64,000 nucleotides of DNA from the human T2T-CHM13v2.0 reference genome, Homo sapiens: assembly GCF_009914755.1 (NCBI RefSeq), contig NC_060942.1; one strand, given 5' to 3'. Numbering within the stretch: position 1 is the first letter of the stretch; each line of letters begins with the position of its first letter. Shown here in pieces: positions 1-14,124 of this stretch. The translations under genes and the position numbers were made by a program. The notes under the pieces were generated by a model. The model was not told the origin of the DNA, made no database searches, and saw only the letters and a list, made by a program, of their open reading frames with translations.

Positions 1-773
1 AATCAGCTGCTGGAGTGGCCAGGATATAAAGCAGGCAAAAAACCAATGAAAAGGGTATGCCAAGACCAGCTCGGTTGGGGAGACCCTAACCCAGCGGTGC
101 TAGAGGAATTAAAGACACACACAGAGGTGTGAAGTGGGAAATCAGGGGTCTTATAGCCTTCAGAGCTGAGATCCCCGAACAAAGATTTACCCACGTATTT
201 ATTAACAGCAAACCAGTCATTAGCATTGTTTCTATAGATGTTAAATTAACTAAAAGTATCCCTTATGGGAAATGAAGGGATGGGCCGAATTAATTGCAGC
301 AGGAACACGTCCTTAAGACACAGATCTCTCAGGCTTTTGTTTGTGGCTTAAGAATGCCTTTAAGCAGTTTTCCAACCTGGGTGGGCCAGGTATTCCTTGC
401 CCTCATTCCCGTAAACCCACAACCTTCCAGCTTGGGCGTTAGGGCCATTATGGACATGTTATAGTGCTGCAGAGATTTTATTTATGGCCAGTTTTGGGGC
501 TAGTTTATGGCCAGACTGTTGGGGGCTTGCTCTCAACAAGGGTAGACTGGCTTAGCCTCCCAGCCTACATCTTTCTCCCATGCTGGATGCTTCCTACCCT
601 TGAACGTTGGACTTCAAGTTCTTCAGCTTTGGGACTCAGACTGGCTTCCTCAGCTTGCAGACGGCTTATTGTGGGATCTTGTGATCGTGTGAGTTAATAG
701 TACCGAATAAGCTCCCTCTTTGTATATATATCTCCTATTAGTTCTGTCCCTCTAGAGAATACTGACTAATACA
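1..773 (+). mobile_element. MLT2A-type (ERVL) LTR, 3' part, split by a MER9 insertion
   Basis: Contains gactggcttagcctcccagcctacatctttctccc… and ends in …gactaataca. Segments 1-57 and 545-773 rejoin seamlessly. Confidence 0.8.
58..538 (-). mobile_element. MER9a-like solo LTR (HERV-K9/HML-3)
   Basis: TG…CA termini and a 6-bp TSD agggta (52-57, 539-544). Minus strand contains tctggccataaactagccccaaaactggccataaa, characteristic of MER9. Confidence 0.85.
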
Positions 774-861
774 CTCTATTACAGGAATGGGTCATCCCGC
801 CAGGCTGAGCCCTCTTCTTGACAACACCTCAATATTGGCCACTTAAAAACTACAGATTCTC

Positions 862-1452
<591 letters not shown>

Positions 1453-1487
1453 TTACCCAACACTAAAACACTTGAATACTAACATAG

Positions 1488-1803
<316 letters not shown>

Positions 1804-1832
1804 TGAATACTAACATAGTTTCTAACAGCTCG

Positions 1833-2684
1833 CTGTTGCATTCAGTTGCTACTGTTGCTACTTGCCTGAAAAAGCTTCAGGCTGCCAAAAAATTTACTGT
1901 TTGTTTTAGCCAACACCTTACAATAGGCCCCAACCTTCCTTTCTTAGAGCGTTTACTCAAGAGGGCTTACAATTGTGAATCCTTCTCCTGTCCCTTTGAG
2001 ATGTACATGTTTCTCCTACAACTCAGGAGCATCTTTCTCAAGGACCTGAAAGCCATCCCTTTAAAATGTAATCAATCATCAGGAAGGTTAAGAGCCTCTG
2101 TCTTCCAATCTCTATGGGAAGGCAGCCAACAGACACAGCTGGCCTAACTGCATCAACCAATCCTTTGTCGTTTATAGGATATTAACTCACACAAGGTCCC
2201 GCAATATGCCGTCTGCAAGCTGAGGAGCAAGGAAGCCAGTCCAAGTCTCAAAGCTGAAGAACTTGGAGTCCAATGTTCAAGGGTAGAAGCATCCAGCATG
2301 GGAGGAATATGTAGGCTGGGAGGCTAAGCCAGTCTACCCTTTTCACTTTTTTTTGCCTGCTTTATATCCTGGAAGTTTAACTTCCCTGTCTCTACTGAGA
2401 CACCACTCATCTTCCTCCCTACTCCTTCATTCTCCCTTTGAAACACCCTGTCAGCCGGGCTCATGCCTGTAATCCCAGCACTTTGGGAGGCTCAGGTGAG
2501 AGGACTGCTTGAGCCCAGGAGTGGTGGCACGTGCTTGTGGTACCAAGCTACTCAGCTCTGCCACCTGTGTACAAATTGAAGCTGAGTTCAGTTCATGCTA
2601 GATCCTCTTTCCTATTGCAACAGTATATTACTGATTAAAATATGTCCTTACCAGTTTAAGTAGTATCTGGCTTTATCTTTCACA
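1833..2684 (+). mobile_element. ERV1-type LTR (MER34/MER39-like), interrupted by MLT2 and Alu fragments
   Basis: Contains the motif ctcaggagcatctttctcaaggacctgaaagccatccctttaaaatgtaatca, an ATTAAA-type signal and a CA end. Family assigned by eye. Confidence 0.55.
2180..2372 (-). mobile_element. Internal MLT2A fragment, inverted
   Basis: Reverse complement aligns with 19-57 plus 545-698. Confidence 0.8.
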
Positions 2685-3117
2685 GCATTAATAAAAGGCT
2701 GAGTTAGAACACGTTGAATTTTAGATGTTATTTCAGAGCAAGTATGCAAAGTAATCACTTCCTGAACTTCACAGAGTACCCTAAAAGGGAAAAGCACCAC
2801 ATTAAGTCCCAGAAAGGACTTTGGAAGGCCCTAAGTTGCTACTGCTGGAAAAGACACTGGCCAAAAGAAAAGAATAATTAAACTCCCAAGAAAATATTAA
2901 GCCTAAATAGGCCAACTAGTTTGTGCCTACAGGGAAGAAAAGCTGTATTATTTCCCACAGATGTGCACAAACACTATCTCCAAAATCTAGCCCTAAGTGC
3001 AAGTCAGGTAGAGAAAGACACATAAAGATAAAATAAAGGGAATAAAGGAAACAACAGGATACCAAAAAATCCTCCTGTTCTTCAAGGCCCATAAAACTCT
3101 AGACACTGGTGATGGTA

Positions 3118-3468
3118 AATATCTTAGCCTGTTCAAGCTACTATAACAAAATGCCATAGACTGGGTGGCTTATAACACAAATTTATTGCTTGCAGTTGTG
3201 GATGCTGGCAGCCTGAGATCAGAGTGCCAGAATGATGAGATTCTGGTGAGGGATGCAAATTGCTGCTTCTTGTATTCTTACCTGGCGGAGAAAGAGGAAG
3301 CGAACTCTCTCAGGACTCTGATACACTAATCCCATACATGAGGGCTCTACCCTCATGACCTAATCTAATCCTAATTGACTCCTAAAGATCCCACCTCATA
3401 ATTCACATTAGTAGGAAGGGTTTCAACATACGAATTTTGGGAAAACACAAGCATTCTGTCTATAAAAC
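3118..3468 (-). mobile_element. MLT1/MST-type MaLR LTR
   Basis: tcttagcctgttcaagctactataacaaaatgccatagactgggtggcttat is a typical reverse-oriented MaLR LTR end. Confidence 0.75.
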
Positions 3469-3530
3469 AGTGAAGAAAAGTTATTTCTGAGAGTGGAGAG
3501 TGGCTATTTTAGGATTTCTACATTGGGCTG

Positions 3531-5813
3531 TGATATGGTTTGGCTGCATCCTCACCCAAATCTCAACTTGAATTGTATCTCCCAGAATTCCCACATGTTG
3601 TTCGAGGGACCCAGGGGAAGGTAATTGAATCATGGGGGCAGGTCTTTCCCATGCTATTCTTGTGGTAGTTAATCAGTTTCACGAGATCTGATGGGTTTGT
3701 CAGGGGTTTCCACTTTTGCTTCTTCCTCATTTTTCTCTTGCCACCACCATGTAAGAAGTGCCTTTGCCTCCTGCCATGATTCTGAGGCCTCTGGAGCCAT
3801 GTGGAATTGTGAGTCCATTAAATCTCTTTTTCTTCCCAGTTTTGGGTGTGTCTTTATCAGCAGCATGAAAATGGACTAATACAGTAAATTGGTACCAGTA
3901 GAGTGGGGCGTTGCTGAAAATATACCTGAAAATGTGGAAGCGACTTTGGAACTGGGTAGCAGGCAGAGGTTGGAACAGTTTGGAAGGCTCAGAAGAAGAC
4001 AGGAAAATGTGGGAAGGTTTGGAACCTCCTAGAGACTTGTTGAATGGCTTTGACAAAAATACTGATAATGATATGGACAATGAAATCCAGGCTGAGGTGG
4101 TCTCAGATAAAGATGAGGAACTTGTTGGGAACTGGGGCAAAAGTAACTCTTGTTATGTTTTAGCAAAGAGACTGGTGGCATTTTGCCCCTGCCCTAGAGA
4201 TCTGTGGAACTTTAAACTTGGGAGAGATGATTTAGGGTATGTGGCAGAAGAAATTTCTAAGCAGCAGAGCATTCAAAAGATGACTTGGGTCCTATTAAAA
4301 GCACTCCATTTTAAAAGGGAAACAGAGCATAAAAGTTTAGAAAATTTGCAGCCGGACGATGCAGTAAAAAAGAAAAACCCATTTTCTGAGAAGAAATTCA
4401 AGCCGGCTGCAGAAATTTGTATAAGTAGAAAGGGGCCTAATGTTAATCCCCAAGACCATGGGGAAAATGTGTCCAGGCCATGTCAGAGACCTTCATGGCA
4501 GCCCCTCCCATCACAGGCATAGAGGTGTAGGAGGAAAAAGTGGTTTTGTGGGCAGGACCCAGGGTTCCTTTCCTGTGTGCAGCCTAGGGACTTGGTGCCC
4601 TGTGTCCCAGCCGCCCCAGCCATGTCTGAAAGCGGCCAACGTAGAGCTCAGGGTGTGGCTTCAGAGGGGGAAAGCCCCAAGCCCTGGCAGCTTCCACATG
4701 GCGTTGAGTCTGCAAGGACACAGAAGTCAAGAATTGAGGTTTGGGAACTTCCACCTAGATTTCAGATGTATGGAAATGCCTGGATGACCAGGCAAAAGTT
4801 TGCTGCAGGGGCAGGGCCCTCATGAAGAACCTCTGCTAGGGCAGTGCGGAAGGGAAATGTGGTGTTGGAACCCCCACACAGAGTCCCTCCTGGGGCACTG
4901 CCTAGCGGGGCTGTGAAAAGAGGGTCACTGTCCTCCAGACCCCAGAATGGTAGATCCACTTACAGCTTGCATCACGCACCCGGAAAAGCTGCAGACACTC
5001 AATGACAGCCTGTGAAAGCAGCCGGGAGGGAGGCTGTACCCTACAAAGCCACAGGGGCGAAGCTACCCAAGACCATGGGAACCCACCTCTTGCATCAGTG
5101 TGACCTGGATGTGAGACCTAGAGTCAAAGGAGATCATTTTGGAGCTTTAAAATTTGATTGCCCCGCTGGATTTCAGAGTTGCATGGGGCCTGTAACCCCT
5201 TTGTTTTGGCCAACTTTTCCCATTTGGAACAGCTGTATTTACCCAATGCCTGTACCCCCATTGTATCTAGGAAGTAACTAGCTTTCTTTTGATTTTACAG
5301 GCTCATAGGTGGAAGGGACTTACCTTGTCTCAGATGAGACTTTGGACTGTGGACTTCTGGGTTAATGCTGAAATGAGTTAAGACTTTGAGGGACTGTTGG
5401 GAAGGCATGGTTGGTTTTGAAATGTGCGGACATGAGATTTGAAGGGGCTAGGGGCAGAATGATATGGTTTGGCTGTGTCCCCACTCAAATCTCAACTTGA
5501 ATTGTATCTCCCAGAATTCCCATGTGTTGTGGGAGGGACCCAGGGGGAGGTAATTGAATCACAGGGGCCAGTTTTTCCCTTGCTATTCTCATGGTAGTTT
5601 ATAAGTCTCACGAGATCTGATGGGTTTATCAGAGGTTTCCACTTTTGCTTCTTCCTTATTTTTCTCTTGCCGCCACTATGTAAGAAGTGTCTTTTGCCTC
5701 CTACCATGATTCTGAGGCCTCCCCAGCCATGTGGAATAGTAAGTCCAATTAAACCCTTTTTCTTCCCAGTTTTGGGTATATCTTTATCAGCAGCTTGAAA
5801 AGGGACTAATACA
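3531..5813 (+). mobile_element. Full-length THE1A MaLR element (LTR 3531-3883, internal 3884-5459, LTR 5460-5813)
   Basis: Two direct ~353-bp LTRs (tgatatggtttggctg…gactaataca), THE1-int start gtaaattggtaccagtagagtgggg, a polypurine tract before the 3' LTR, and a 5-bp TSD ggctg/cgctg. Confidence 0.95.
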
Positions 5814-7052
5814 CGCTGGGCGTGGGGAAGGGGCACCTGGGGAAACATGGTCAGGAGCTTTGGTTGCTCAGTGAATCACATGTTTTACTGGATTGGTTAC
5901 TAAAGGAAGACAGGTGCAAGGGAATGACTGGAGATAATGTCATGGATGGAGTGGAGGTCTGGGTAGAGCCTCCCTCAGCTACCCCTTTTTTCTGCCACTA
6001 GGTTACAAGTCACACAATCCAATTCTTTTACGATCAAAGAATCAGTTTAACTTCTCTGGACGTCTGTTACTTTATCTATAAAATTAGGTGATTATCATCT
6101 CTGAGGCCCCTTGAGCTCCAAAAATCTCTAGATCCAGTAAAAGCAGCTTAAAATACAACATAGTATACAGGTACTAGTACCATGTAATTTATTATTTTTC
6201 AAAAATCCAAGCTTGTAGCCTATGCTGGTAATAGCAGATTATATCCTTAAAAATAATTGTTTCTTTGATGTCCTTACTTCTAAAGAAACTCAAAAGCCTG
6301 GCAATTTTACTATATATTTATAAAATAGTTGTCATGGTTAAAAATAAAGTCTGTTCCCAACAAAAAAACAGAATAAAAATGCATATTGTGCATCTTAGCA
6401 GCTTAAAAAATTCCTGGTTATTGTCTATTTAAAATTAGAACTTGCTGCTTGTGCTGAGCTTCTGATGTCTGTTTGATATGGTGTCATGTGCTCACATTAG
6501 TTGCCTCATCAGACACTACTATTGGAGATGAAACTTTATTTTTCCAGTTTCAGGTGGAGATGTCTCCTTCTTTTCTTCCTCAAGGTGTTTTTTGTTTTGT
6601 TTTCTCCTTGGACCCACAGATAGCACACTTTGGTATGTTGGACCATCTTGCTACAGACTTTCTTAGTCAAGGGAGAGCAATGGTTAAGATTATGTCTAGC
6701 ATAGTCTGCATTTGGCTCCTGATTAGAAATGGGAGCAGGGTAGATGTAGGATTCAAACTTGAACTTTTAAAGTTAAAATGCACCAGGACTTAGCCTTTTA
6801 CATATGAAAGATTGCACTGTTGAACTCAAATTTTTCACCCTTCCCCGTATCAATGCCTTAGCCTTATAATTTTGCTGACGCTTGACTTGGAATTCAGCTA
6901 TAAATGGCCAACAGAACAAAGAGGAAGTGATGCTATACCAGCTCTGAGCCAAGACTCTAAAGGCCTTATATGTTTTTACTTTTACTTGTATCTCTGGCAC
7001 TGCCATGAATAAAATATTCCTGGACTGGTCCACTGGTTCTGTTGATGGCTGC

Positions 7053-7982
7053 TGTGATATCTCATGTAAGGGTAATAGCTGTGCTTTAGTCTGGAGTAGG
7101 CTGAAGTGGCCTTCTGGTGCAGCATGACTCAGCAGGTTTGGAGAGCAGGCGCACAACTGCACACATTATGAAACCACACCATGTGAGTGAGATGCATTAG
7201 ATAACCACTCACATGAGTTCGTGCTTGGCTCGGAGCCACTATTATCTGTAAAAGGTATAACTACCCTGCTGGTGCTGTCCATATGGCTTGTGCCCAGAGA
7301 AAGAATAAAGCCATGTTGCAGCTGCCTACAATTCCTCGAGTGTTTTTCCAGCTACCTGCCACCATCTACCAATTCCCCTCAGACCTCAGCTTGGGCTCAA
7401 ACCTGACACCTCAGTCCTCGTCTTCTTCACTTATAATAATTTAAACAAGAGACACACAGCAAAGGAGACACAGCATAGAACAATGTATTGCAAAGGCAAA
7501 ATAATATTTTGAAAGTTAAGTGCAGAATAGACAGTATACCCTGAGAGACAGAGTTCAGGGCAGGTTGCTCGTAAGGATGAGATAGTGAAGACTGGCACTA
7601 GGGAATTCCCTTTCTGGGAGTCTTCCATGATTATTCGTAAAGATGTGGGAAGAGGTGTTACTAGTAAGCATGGTGAGTGGTCCTCTGGGTGCCCATGTAC
7701 AGTAGCCATACATGCTTGTTCATACATTGCATGTCTCATTAGCATTTTAAATCTCCACCCAGGAGTGTGTTTTATAGTATTATAATGAGCAAAGGGTCAG
7801 TCTGAAGACAGGTAAAAATCAAAATGCATATGCTCTTTACAGGGGAAATTCCCTTCTGGAGATAGCTTGTTTGAATGAGCTGGACTACAGTGCAAATGCT
7901 GGGGCCTATGTTGACTGTATGGTCACCACGGTGGCTGTGTTCTGAGGACATGGTCACTTCCTTGACTACCTGTCCTGCCTCA
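7053..7982 (-). mobile_element. ERV1-type solo LTR (family not resolved), inside an old MLT1 copy
   Basis: Minus strand begins TGAGGCAGGACAGGTAGTCAAGGAAGTGACC and has TG/CA termini. MLT1-like sequence lies on both sides (~6830-7050, ~7990-8150). Confidence 0.6.
7065..7408 (+). mobile_element. LTR18-like (ERVL) solo LTR
   Basis: tgtaaggg…acctgaca with an internal AATAAA, a 5-bp TSD tctca/cctca, and motifs gcatgactcagc and gagccactattatctgtaaaaggtataact. Confidence 0.7.
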
Positions 7983-8149
7983 ACTCCAGGGGAAGCATGA
8001 GAGACATGTAGAACAGAACCAAATCACCACAGTCAAGCCCAATCTAGACTGACCAACTGTCACCCAACCACAGATCTGTGAGAATAGATGATTATTGTTT
8101 TAAGTCACTACATTTTGAGGTTGTTTGTTCCATAATATTTTGAAACAAC

Positions 8150-8600
8150 AGATATCTCTTTACTGTATCTACACTCACTTGGTAATCTAATTTATTCTAA
8201 TGGGTTAAAACATGTCATTACCCTAAAGACTACCAAATTTATATCCCCTACCCAGAACTTACCCATGAACTCTTGGCTGATATTTGCAGCTGACTACCAC
8301 CTGGGTATTTAATTAACATCTCAAACTTACCTTGTCCCAAACTGAACTCCTGATTTTCCTTCTGAAACCTACTTCTCCTGCAGTCACCACATACAGCCCA
8401 TCTGCAAATGCTGTTGATTTAACATCAATATATTTTCAAATCTGACCATTTCTCATCCACTAAAATCCTGGACTAAGTCACCATCACTCTTGTGTAGGTA
8501 GTGCAATAGACTCCTAACAGGTCTCTGCACATCCCCTTTTGCCTCTCTACAATTTATTCTCCCCAGAGCAGCCCGAATATTTCTTTTAAAGTCAAGTAAT
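8150..8600 (+). mobile_element. L2 fragment
   Basis: L2-like motifs catctcaaacttaccttgtcccaaactgaactcctgattttcc… and caatagactcctaacaggtctc. Confidence 0.7.
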
Positions 8601-10537
8601 GAAAGCAATTTTTTTGTTATGAGAACTGTGTCTTTTGTCCTTTAGAAATTTTCACATTCTGGATTTTGCTGATTGTATCTGCATAACCCTGACTAATTTA
8701 AATGCCATCCACAATACCTGAATCATTGGTTAAAAAAATAATAATAAAAGCACTTGCTGATTGAAGAAGAAAATAGTCACTAATTGAAATGACTAAAAGC
8801 TTTTACTAACTCAATTTTAAAAATCAGGTATGGGGTAAAGAAAAATGTTTCACAAGCCAGATATTAGAATAATTCTTCAAAAAATCTGCTGGCTTTGCTT
8901 TCTTTCTCTTCTTATTTTTAAATTTCAGTATCTCTATTCCTGCATTCATTATAAAATAGTTCATCAAGATAAGGCTGATTCATTTTATTAAAAATTTAAA
9001 ACCTTGAAGACTGACAAAAATGGATTATGGTTTTTAACATTTTTATCCTGGTAATATATTTTAATAGATATATATTTTATTGTCTGTGTCTGAGATATGA
9101 ATCAATGATGACTGAGGTATGTTTGTTTTTAATCCTGTTATTTACAATAGCAGCCTTGAGATTAAATGGGTTTATGGCAGCAGAATTCACCCAAATGGAT
9201 TCTATTTGAGGTAAGCATTGGACCAAAATAGGAAAATCCTACAAGAAGAGCCTCATTCATGTTTATGGATTCATACAAGCTATTCCTGGTATGAGGCTCA
9301 AATGAAACCATTTGCAAGCTGAAAGCTTGTACATTATGAAGTGTTTCTGGAAATAGGGCTCTTGGAAATGGAAAGTTTCTTTAAAAAGTAAAAATGAGTC
9401 ACTGCATCTATTTTAAAAGGGGATTAATCTCAAATGGCTACATATAGGTGACTAGTCTTAGTTTTAAAAAAAACCATCTAAGTAAATAAAGTCAGAATAA
9501 AAACTAGAGAAACTACTTACTTTAATGCTTATCATTTCTTCATTCATTTGTTCATTCTTTCATTCAATGAGAATTTATTGAACTTCTAAGACGGTGTTAC
9601 ATCATGCAAGGGGTTGGATGAGGTGCAGTAGGCTAAGCACAAATAATAATCAGATACGTTCCTGCTCTGATGAAAATGATCAAATAGTAAGAAAAATGTG
9701 CCATAGAATGCAAGGAGTTAGAAAGCAGTAAATGCTCAGTGCTTAACAAAGGGAAAGTGAGAAGAAAAGAGAGTTTAGGTCAGTGTCTTCCAAACTTGAC
9801 TGATCATCAGAATCATCTAGGGGTTTTTTAATACACATAATTGTTTTCCAGTTTAAGATGGTGCACCAAATGCATGTATTTCTCTTCACTCTTTCCTGAG
9901 CTTCCATTAAATTAGAAATAAAGAGAAACATATTTGTAATAGCAAAGATATGGAGAAACATAAGCAATTTGAACAATCTCTGGAAGACAAAAAGTGGCAG
10001 GAAGTATATCAATAGACGATACACAGTAGAGAAAGCTATAGCCCAGAATGAGCCCGGAAGGGGTTGCAGTGGAGGTGGAAGTCATTGCCCTGAAAAATTT
10101 CACAAAAGCTCCCAATTCAGAGTTGGCAGGTACAACAGAGATCCAGCAGAGAAGCTGAGCTGAAAACAGATGGATCAATTGGGGATCTGTATATGCAATA
10201 GTCAGCCTTCTCGGCACTGACTCCCAACCCGCTTGGACAAGATAACAAACAGTATGGCATTTGCTACTGCGCAAGATAGAAAGTACTTTCCTCTTAGGAA
10301 ATTAAACTATCAAGGAGAGCTAGGGTTGTTCTTATTGTGGCATTTGGGAGGCTGTTAGCTTGACTACGGATTCCCTACTAGGTCAATCCACCGCTAAACT
10401 GCTGGTTTCATGCTTTCACAAGTTCACAGAGCTTCCAGAACTCACGCTCCTTATTATTAAATACAAATAGGCAATCAGGACATGTAATGAAAACCAGCAC
10501 AAGAACAAGAAGACTAGAATGAAAAATAAGTGAAATT

Positions 10538-10690
10538 GGCCAGGTGCAGTGGCTCATATCTGTAATCCCAGCACTTTGGGAGGCAGACGGGCAGATCACT
10601 CAAGCCCAGGAGTTCAAGAGCACCCTGGGCAACATGGCAAAACCCCGTCTCTACACAAAATTTTAAAAATAATTTAAAATTAAAAAAATA
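10538..10690 (+). mobile_element. Alu left monomer (FLAM-like)
   Basis: A single left arm followed by an A-rich tail. TSD aaaaataagtgaaa/aaaaataagtaaaa. Confidence 0.85.
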
Positions 10691-11199
10691 AGTAAAACTA
10701 ACTTCAGAAGGGGGAAGAGATAATTCAGAAAAATGTCTAATTAGTGATAATAAAAGTTATTTAAGTGGCATTTAAGCAAAGGGTTTTCCCCCAGAAATTT
10801 TTATAAAAGAACAACCAAAAAAAGGAAAGAATTCTCTCAAAATTAAAAGCTTGATAGCCCACCAGAGAGGTTCATTGGAAGCTGAGGAAATCTCTAAAAA
10901 TATGGAAAAAAAAGCATACAGACAGCAAATATGGGATAAAAAGATAGAAAACAGTAAAAATGAGAGTTTTATAAGGACAGAATGCAAGACAGAAAATAAT
11001 AATAAAAATTTCCAGAGATGAAAAGAGCATGAGTGTTCAAACTGAAAAGACCTACTAGGTGCCAAGTAGGCTAAATCATTTTTTAAATTTTCTTTACCTG
11101 GACCCATCATCATGAAATCAACTCGCCCCAAACGTAGACAACGGCACACTTCTTCCCAAATTTTGAGGGAAAATAATTTGAATTTAAAATTCTACAGCC

Positions 11200-11370
11200 A
11201 GCTGGGTGCGGTGGCTCATGATTGTAATCCTAGCACTTTGGGAGGCTGACATGGGAGGATCATTTGACCCAGGAGACTGAGGCACATTGAGCCGTGATCA
11301 TGCCACTGCACTCCAGCTCGGACTACAGAGCGAGACCTTGTCTTAAAAAAATAAAAACAAATTTTAAAAT
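11200..11370 (+). mobile_element. Monomer-length Alu (left-arm start fused to right-arm end)
   Basis: Alu 5' end runs directly into the right-arm 3' end. TSD aaaattctacagcc/aaaattctatagcc. Confidence 0.8.
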
Positions 11371-11430
11371 AAATAAAATTCTATAGCCAAATTATCTACT
11401 AAATAAAATTTTATAGCCAAATTATCTACT
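11371..11430. repeat. 30-bp tandem duplication
   Basis: aaataaaatt(c/t)tatagccaaattatctact occurs twice, with one mismatch. Confidence 0.9.
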
Positions 11431-11484
11431 AAAGATTTTAAAAACAAAAGCAAAACTAACATTTTCGAAACAAAAATTATTCAA

Positions 11485-11796
11485 TTTTTTTTTTCTTTTG
11501 AGACAGGGTCTCACTCTGTCACCCAGGCTGGAGTGCAGTGGCATGCAAGCTCAGCTCACTGCAACCTCCACCTCCCAGGTTCAAGTGATCCTCCCACCTC
11601 TCAGCCTCCATAGTAGCTGGGACTGCAGGCACACACTACCACGCCTGGCTAATTTTTTTTTTTTTTTTTTTTTTTTTTTAGAGAAGGGGTTTCGCCATGT
11701 TGCCCGGGCTGGTTTTGAACTCCTGAGCCAAAGGGATCCTCTCACCTTGTCCTTCCAAAGTGCTGGGTTTACAGGCGTGAGCCACTGTGCGTGGCC
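11485..11796 (-). mobile_element. Alu (J-like)
   Basis: Full dimer in reverse orientation with a long T linker. Confidence 0.9.
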
Positions 11797-12527
11797 AAAA
11801 AGGATTTTAAGCATGTGGAAGACTCATCAAATTTTTATTTAATTGTCAACTATTTATTAAGTACCTATTTTGGCATTATCTTAGGTAATAGTAATACAAC
11901 AAGAAAGACTGGTAGGTTCATTTATTCTTAAACCCAGTGGCACCATACAAATAACTGGCAGAGTTATCTGTTGGTATTGGTGGAGCTAATATACCTTGGA
12001 TCTGGAGCAAAGCTACATAATATATGGGAGATTGAAAGTCAAAAAGCATCTGTTTGTATAAGCAGAGTGGATGCAGACTGTGAAGGCAGAGGGTTGAGGG
12101 GGGAGTGATAATGAATAGAACAAAGCTCAGGAAAGATTAGTTTGTTTGGCTGCATTTCTGTATATTGAGTATTCTGATAGTTCTCTACAAACTTGCATAC
12201 AATTTTAGAACATTTCAGGCATCCAAATCATCTACATTAGAAAACACTTAACAGAGGCAGCTGCATTTCTTGAGCCAAGAAGAGTACAATTTAGGATAGA
12301 GACTATTTGTTCCTGCCCTAAAGGAGTTTGCAGTCTCACTGGACATGCATAAGACAGAAATAGCAATTAAAAAAACCCCAAAAACCCAAGGTGGTGCATA
12401 AGAAGGCCCAAGTGCAGAAAACCAAGTACCCTTACAAGATTCAGAGAAGGAAGAAAATATAAGGGTTTGGAGAACCAGGGCTGGGGTGGACTTGAGCTGT
12501 ATCTTGAGGGTTGGGCACAACTTAAGA

Positions 12528-12957
12528 TGTTACTGAAATGCCAGGGATATGGTCTAGGTCTTGCTGCTCAATGCACAGAATGCTAATCACTGAATCAACA
12601 AGTATTGCCAAGGAAGAAGGCTTTAATCAGGTACTGTAGCTATAGCCAAGGAGAATGGGAGATAAAGTTCCAAATCTATCTTCCAGACTGACCAAAATTG
12701 GGATGTGTATATATTGAAGGAGACAGGAAAACAGGAACTAAGGAGGGGTAAGGAAGCAATCACAATGAATGAGGGGTCTGGCATCTCATTGTCTGGATGC
12801 AATGATCTAGTAAGTTTCAGTTGCTTTTCTGAGGGTCAGTTTCCTGAGGAAGGAACTCAGTTAAAGTAAGTTTCAAGTTTTAAGATGGAGGGTCAATTTC
12901 TATGTTTACTTAAAAACTTGTAAATATTATTTCTATGGGGCAGTTGGGCCAGTTTCA
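12528..12957 (-). mobile_element. ERV1 solo LTR (LTR26-like) within an L2 remnant
   Basis: Minus strand starts TGAAACTGGCCCAACTGCCCCATAGAA, with TG/CA ends and a 4-bp TSD aaga (12524-12527, 12958-12961). Confidence 0.7.
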
Positions 12958-13788
12958 AAGAGAGGAAGGAAGGAGGGCCTTCTTAGCGGGGAAATGGTGT
13001 CACCAAAGGCAAGAACATCAGGAAAGGGGGCCAACATATGGAAAAAGTCCTGATATGAAATGGCAATGTAGATTGGATCCACATTATATAAGACATTGAA
13101 CGACAGGTAAAGATTTGAGTTTTATTTTGTAGACAATAGGTAGCATCAAAAATTTTCAAGATAAAAGTGGTGGTATGAAACATTAGGCCATATATTTCTT
13201 TGTAGTATTAACTTTAAGCTTTTGGCTATGCTGCTTGAGAATGTTATCCTAATTCAATTTGGTTCTGGACCAGCTACATGGGTCAATTAGCTTTGGCTTA
13301 TTGAGAGTTTGGAATAAAAAGTTCTGTTCCTGAAGATGGAACACCCATCTGTTGTTGCCAAGATTTCTGTTCCCTGTTACTTAATGTTAAAGAAGGAAAC
13401 CTCTTAGGAGTTCTGAGAATTAATCAGTATCTCCTAGGGGCTTTCTTACGTCTGTTGTTATTTATGTAGCTTATTAAGGAAAAGATCTTTCTTTATAAAT
13501 ATCACCTTATTCATCTTTGTTGAGGTAACCATGTATGCACTCAGGAAAAATAGTTGGGGTTTGAGAGTAGAGGAAGAAACCAAAGCATATTAAGAAGGAT
13601 GTTTATAGATGTTAGAATTTGGGGACTCTGAGGACCCTGAAAACCTGTTATATTATGGAAGAGCTTTGTATTTTCTAAGTAATAGAAAAACCACACGATT
13701 TTCTTCTAATATACTTTTCCCTGAGCAGGAAACACAGATTTTTTTCTCTTCTGGCTTCAGACATAGCCTAAGTAAAAGTGAGACCACA

Positions 13789-14124
<336 letters not shown>

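Noticed and set aside
3911-4522. 203-aa ORF, the longest in the track
   Set aside because: It lies wholly in the THE1-int region, has no ATG at the listed start, and is a known decayed MaLR frame rather than a host gene.
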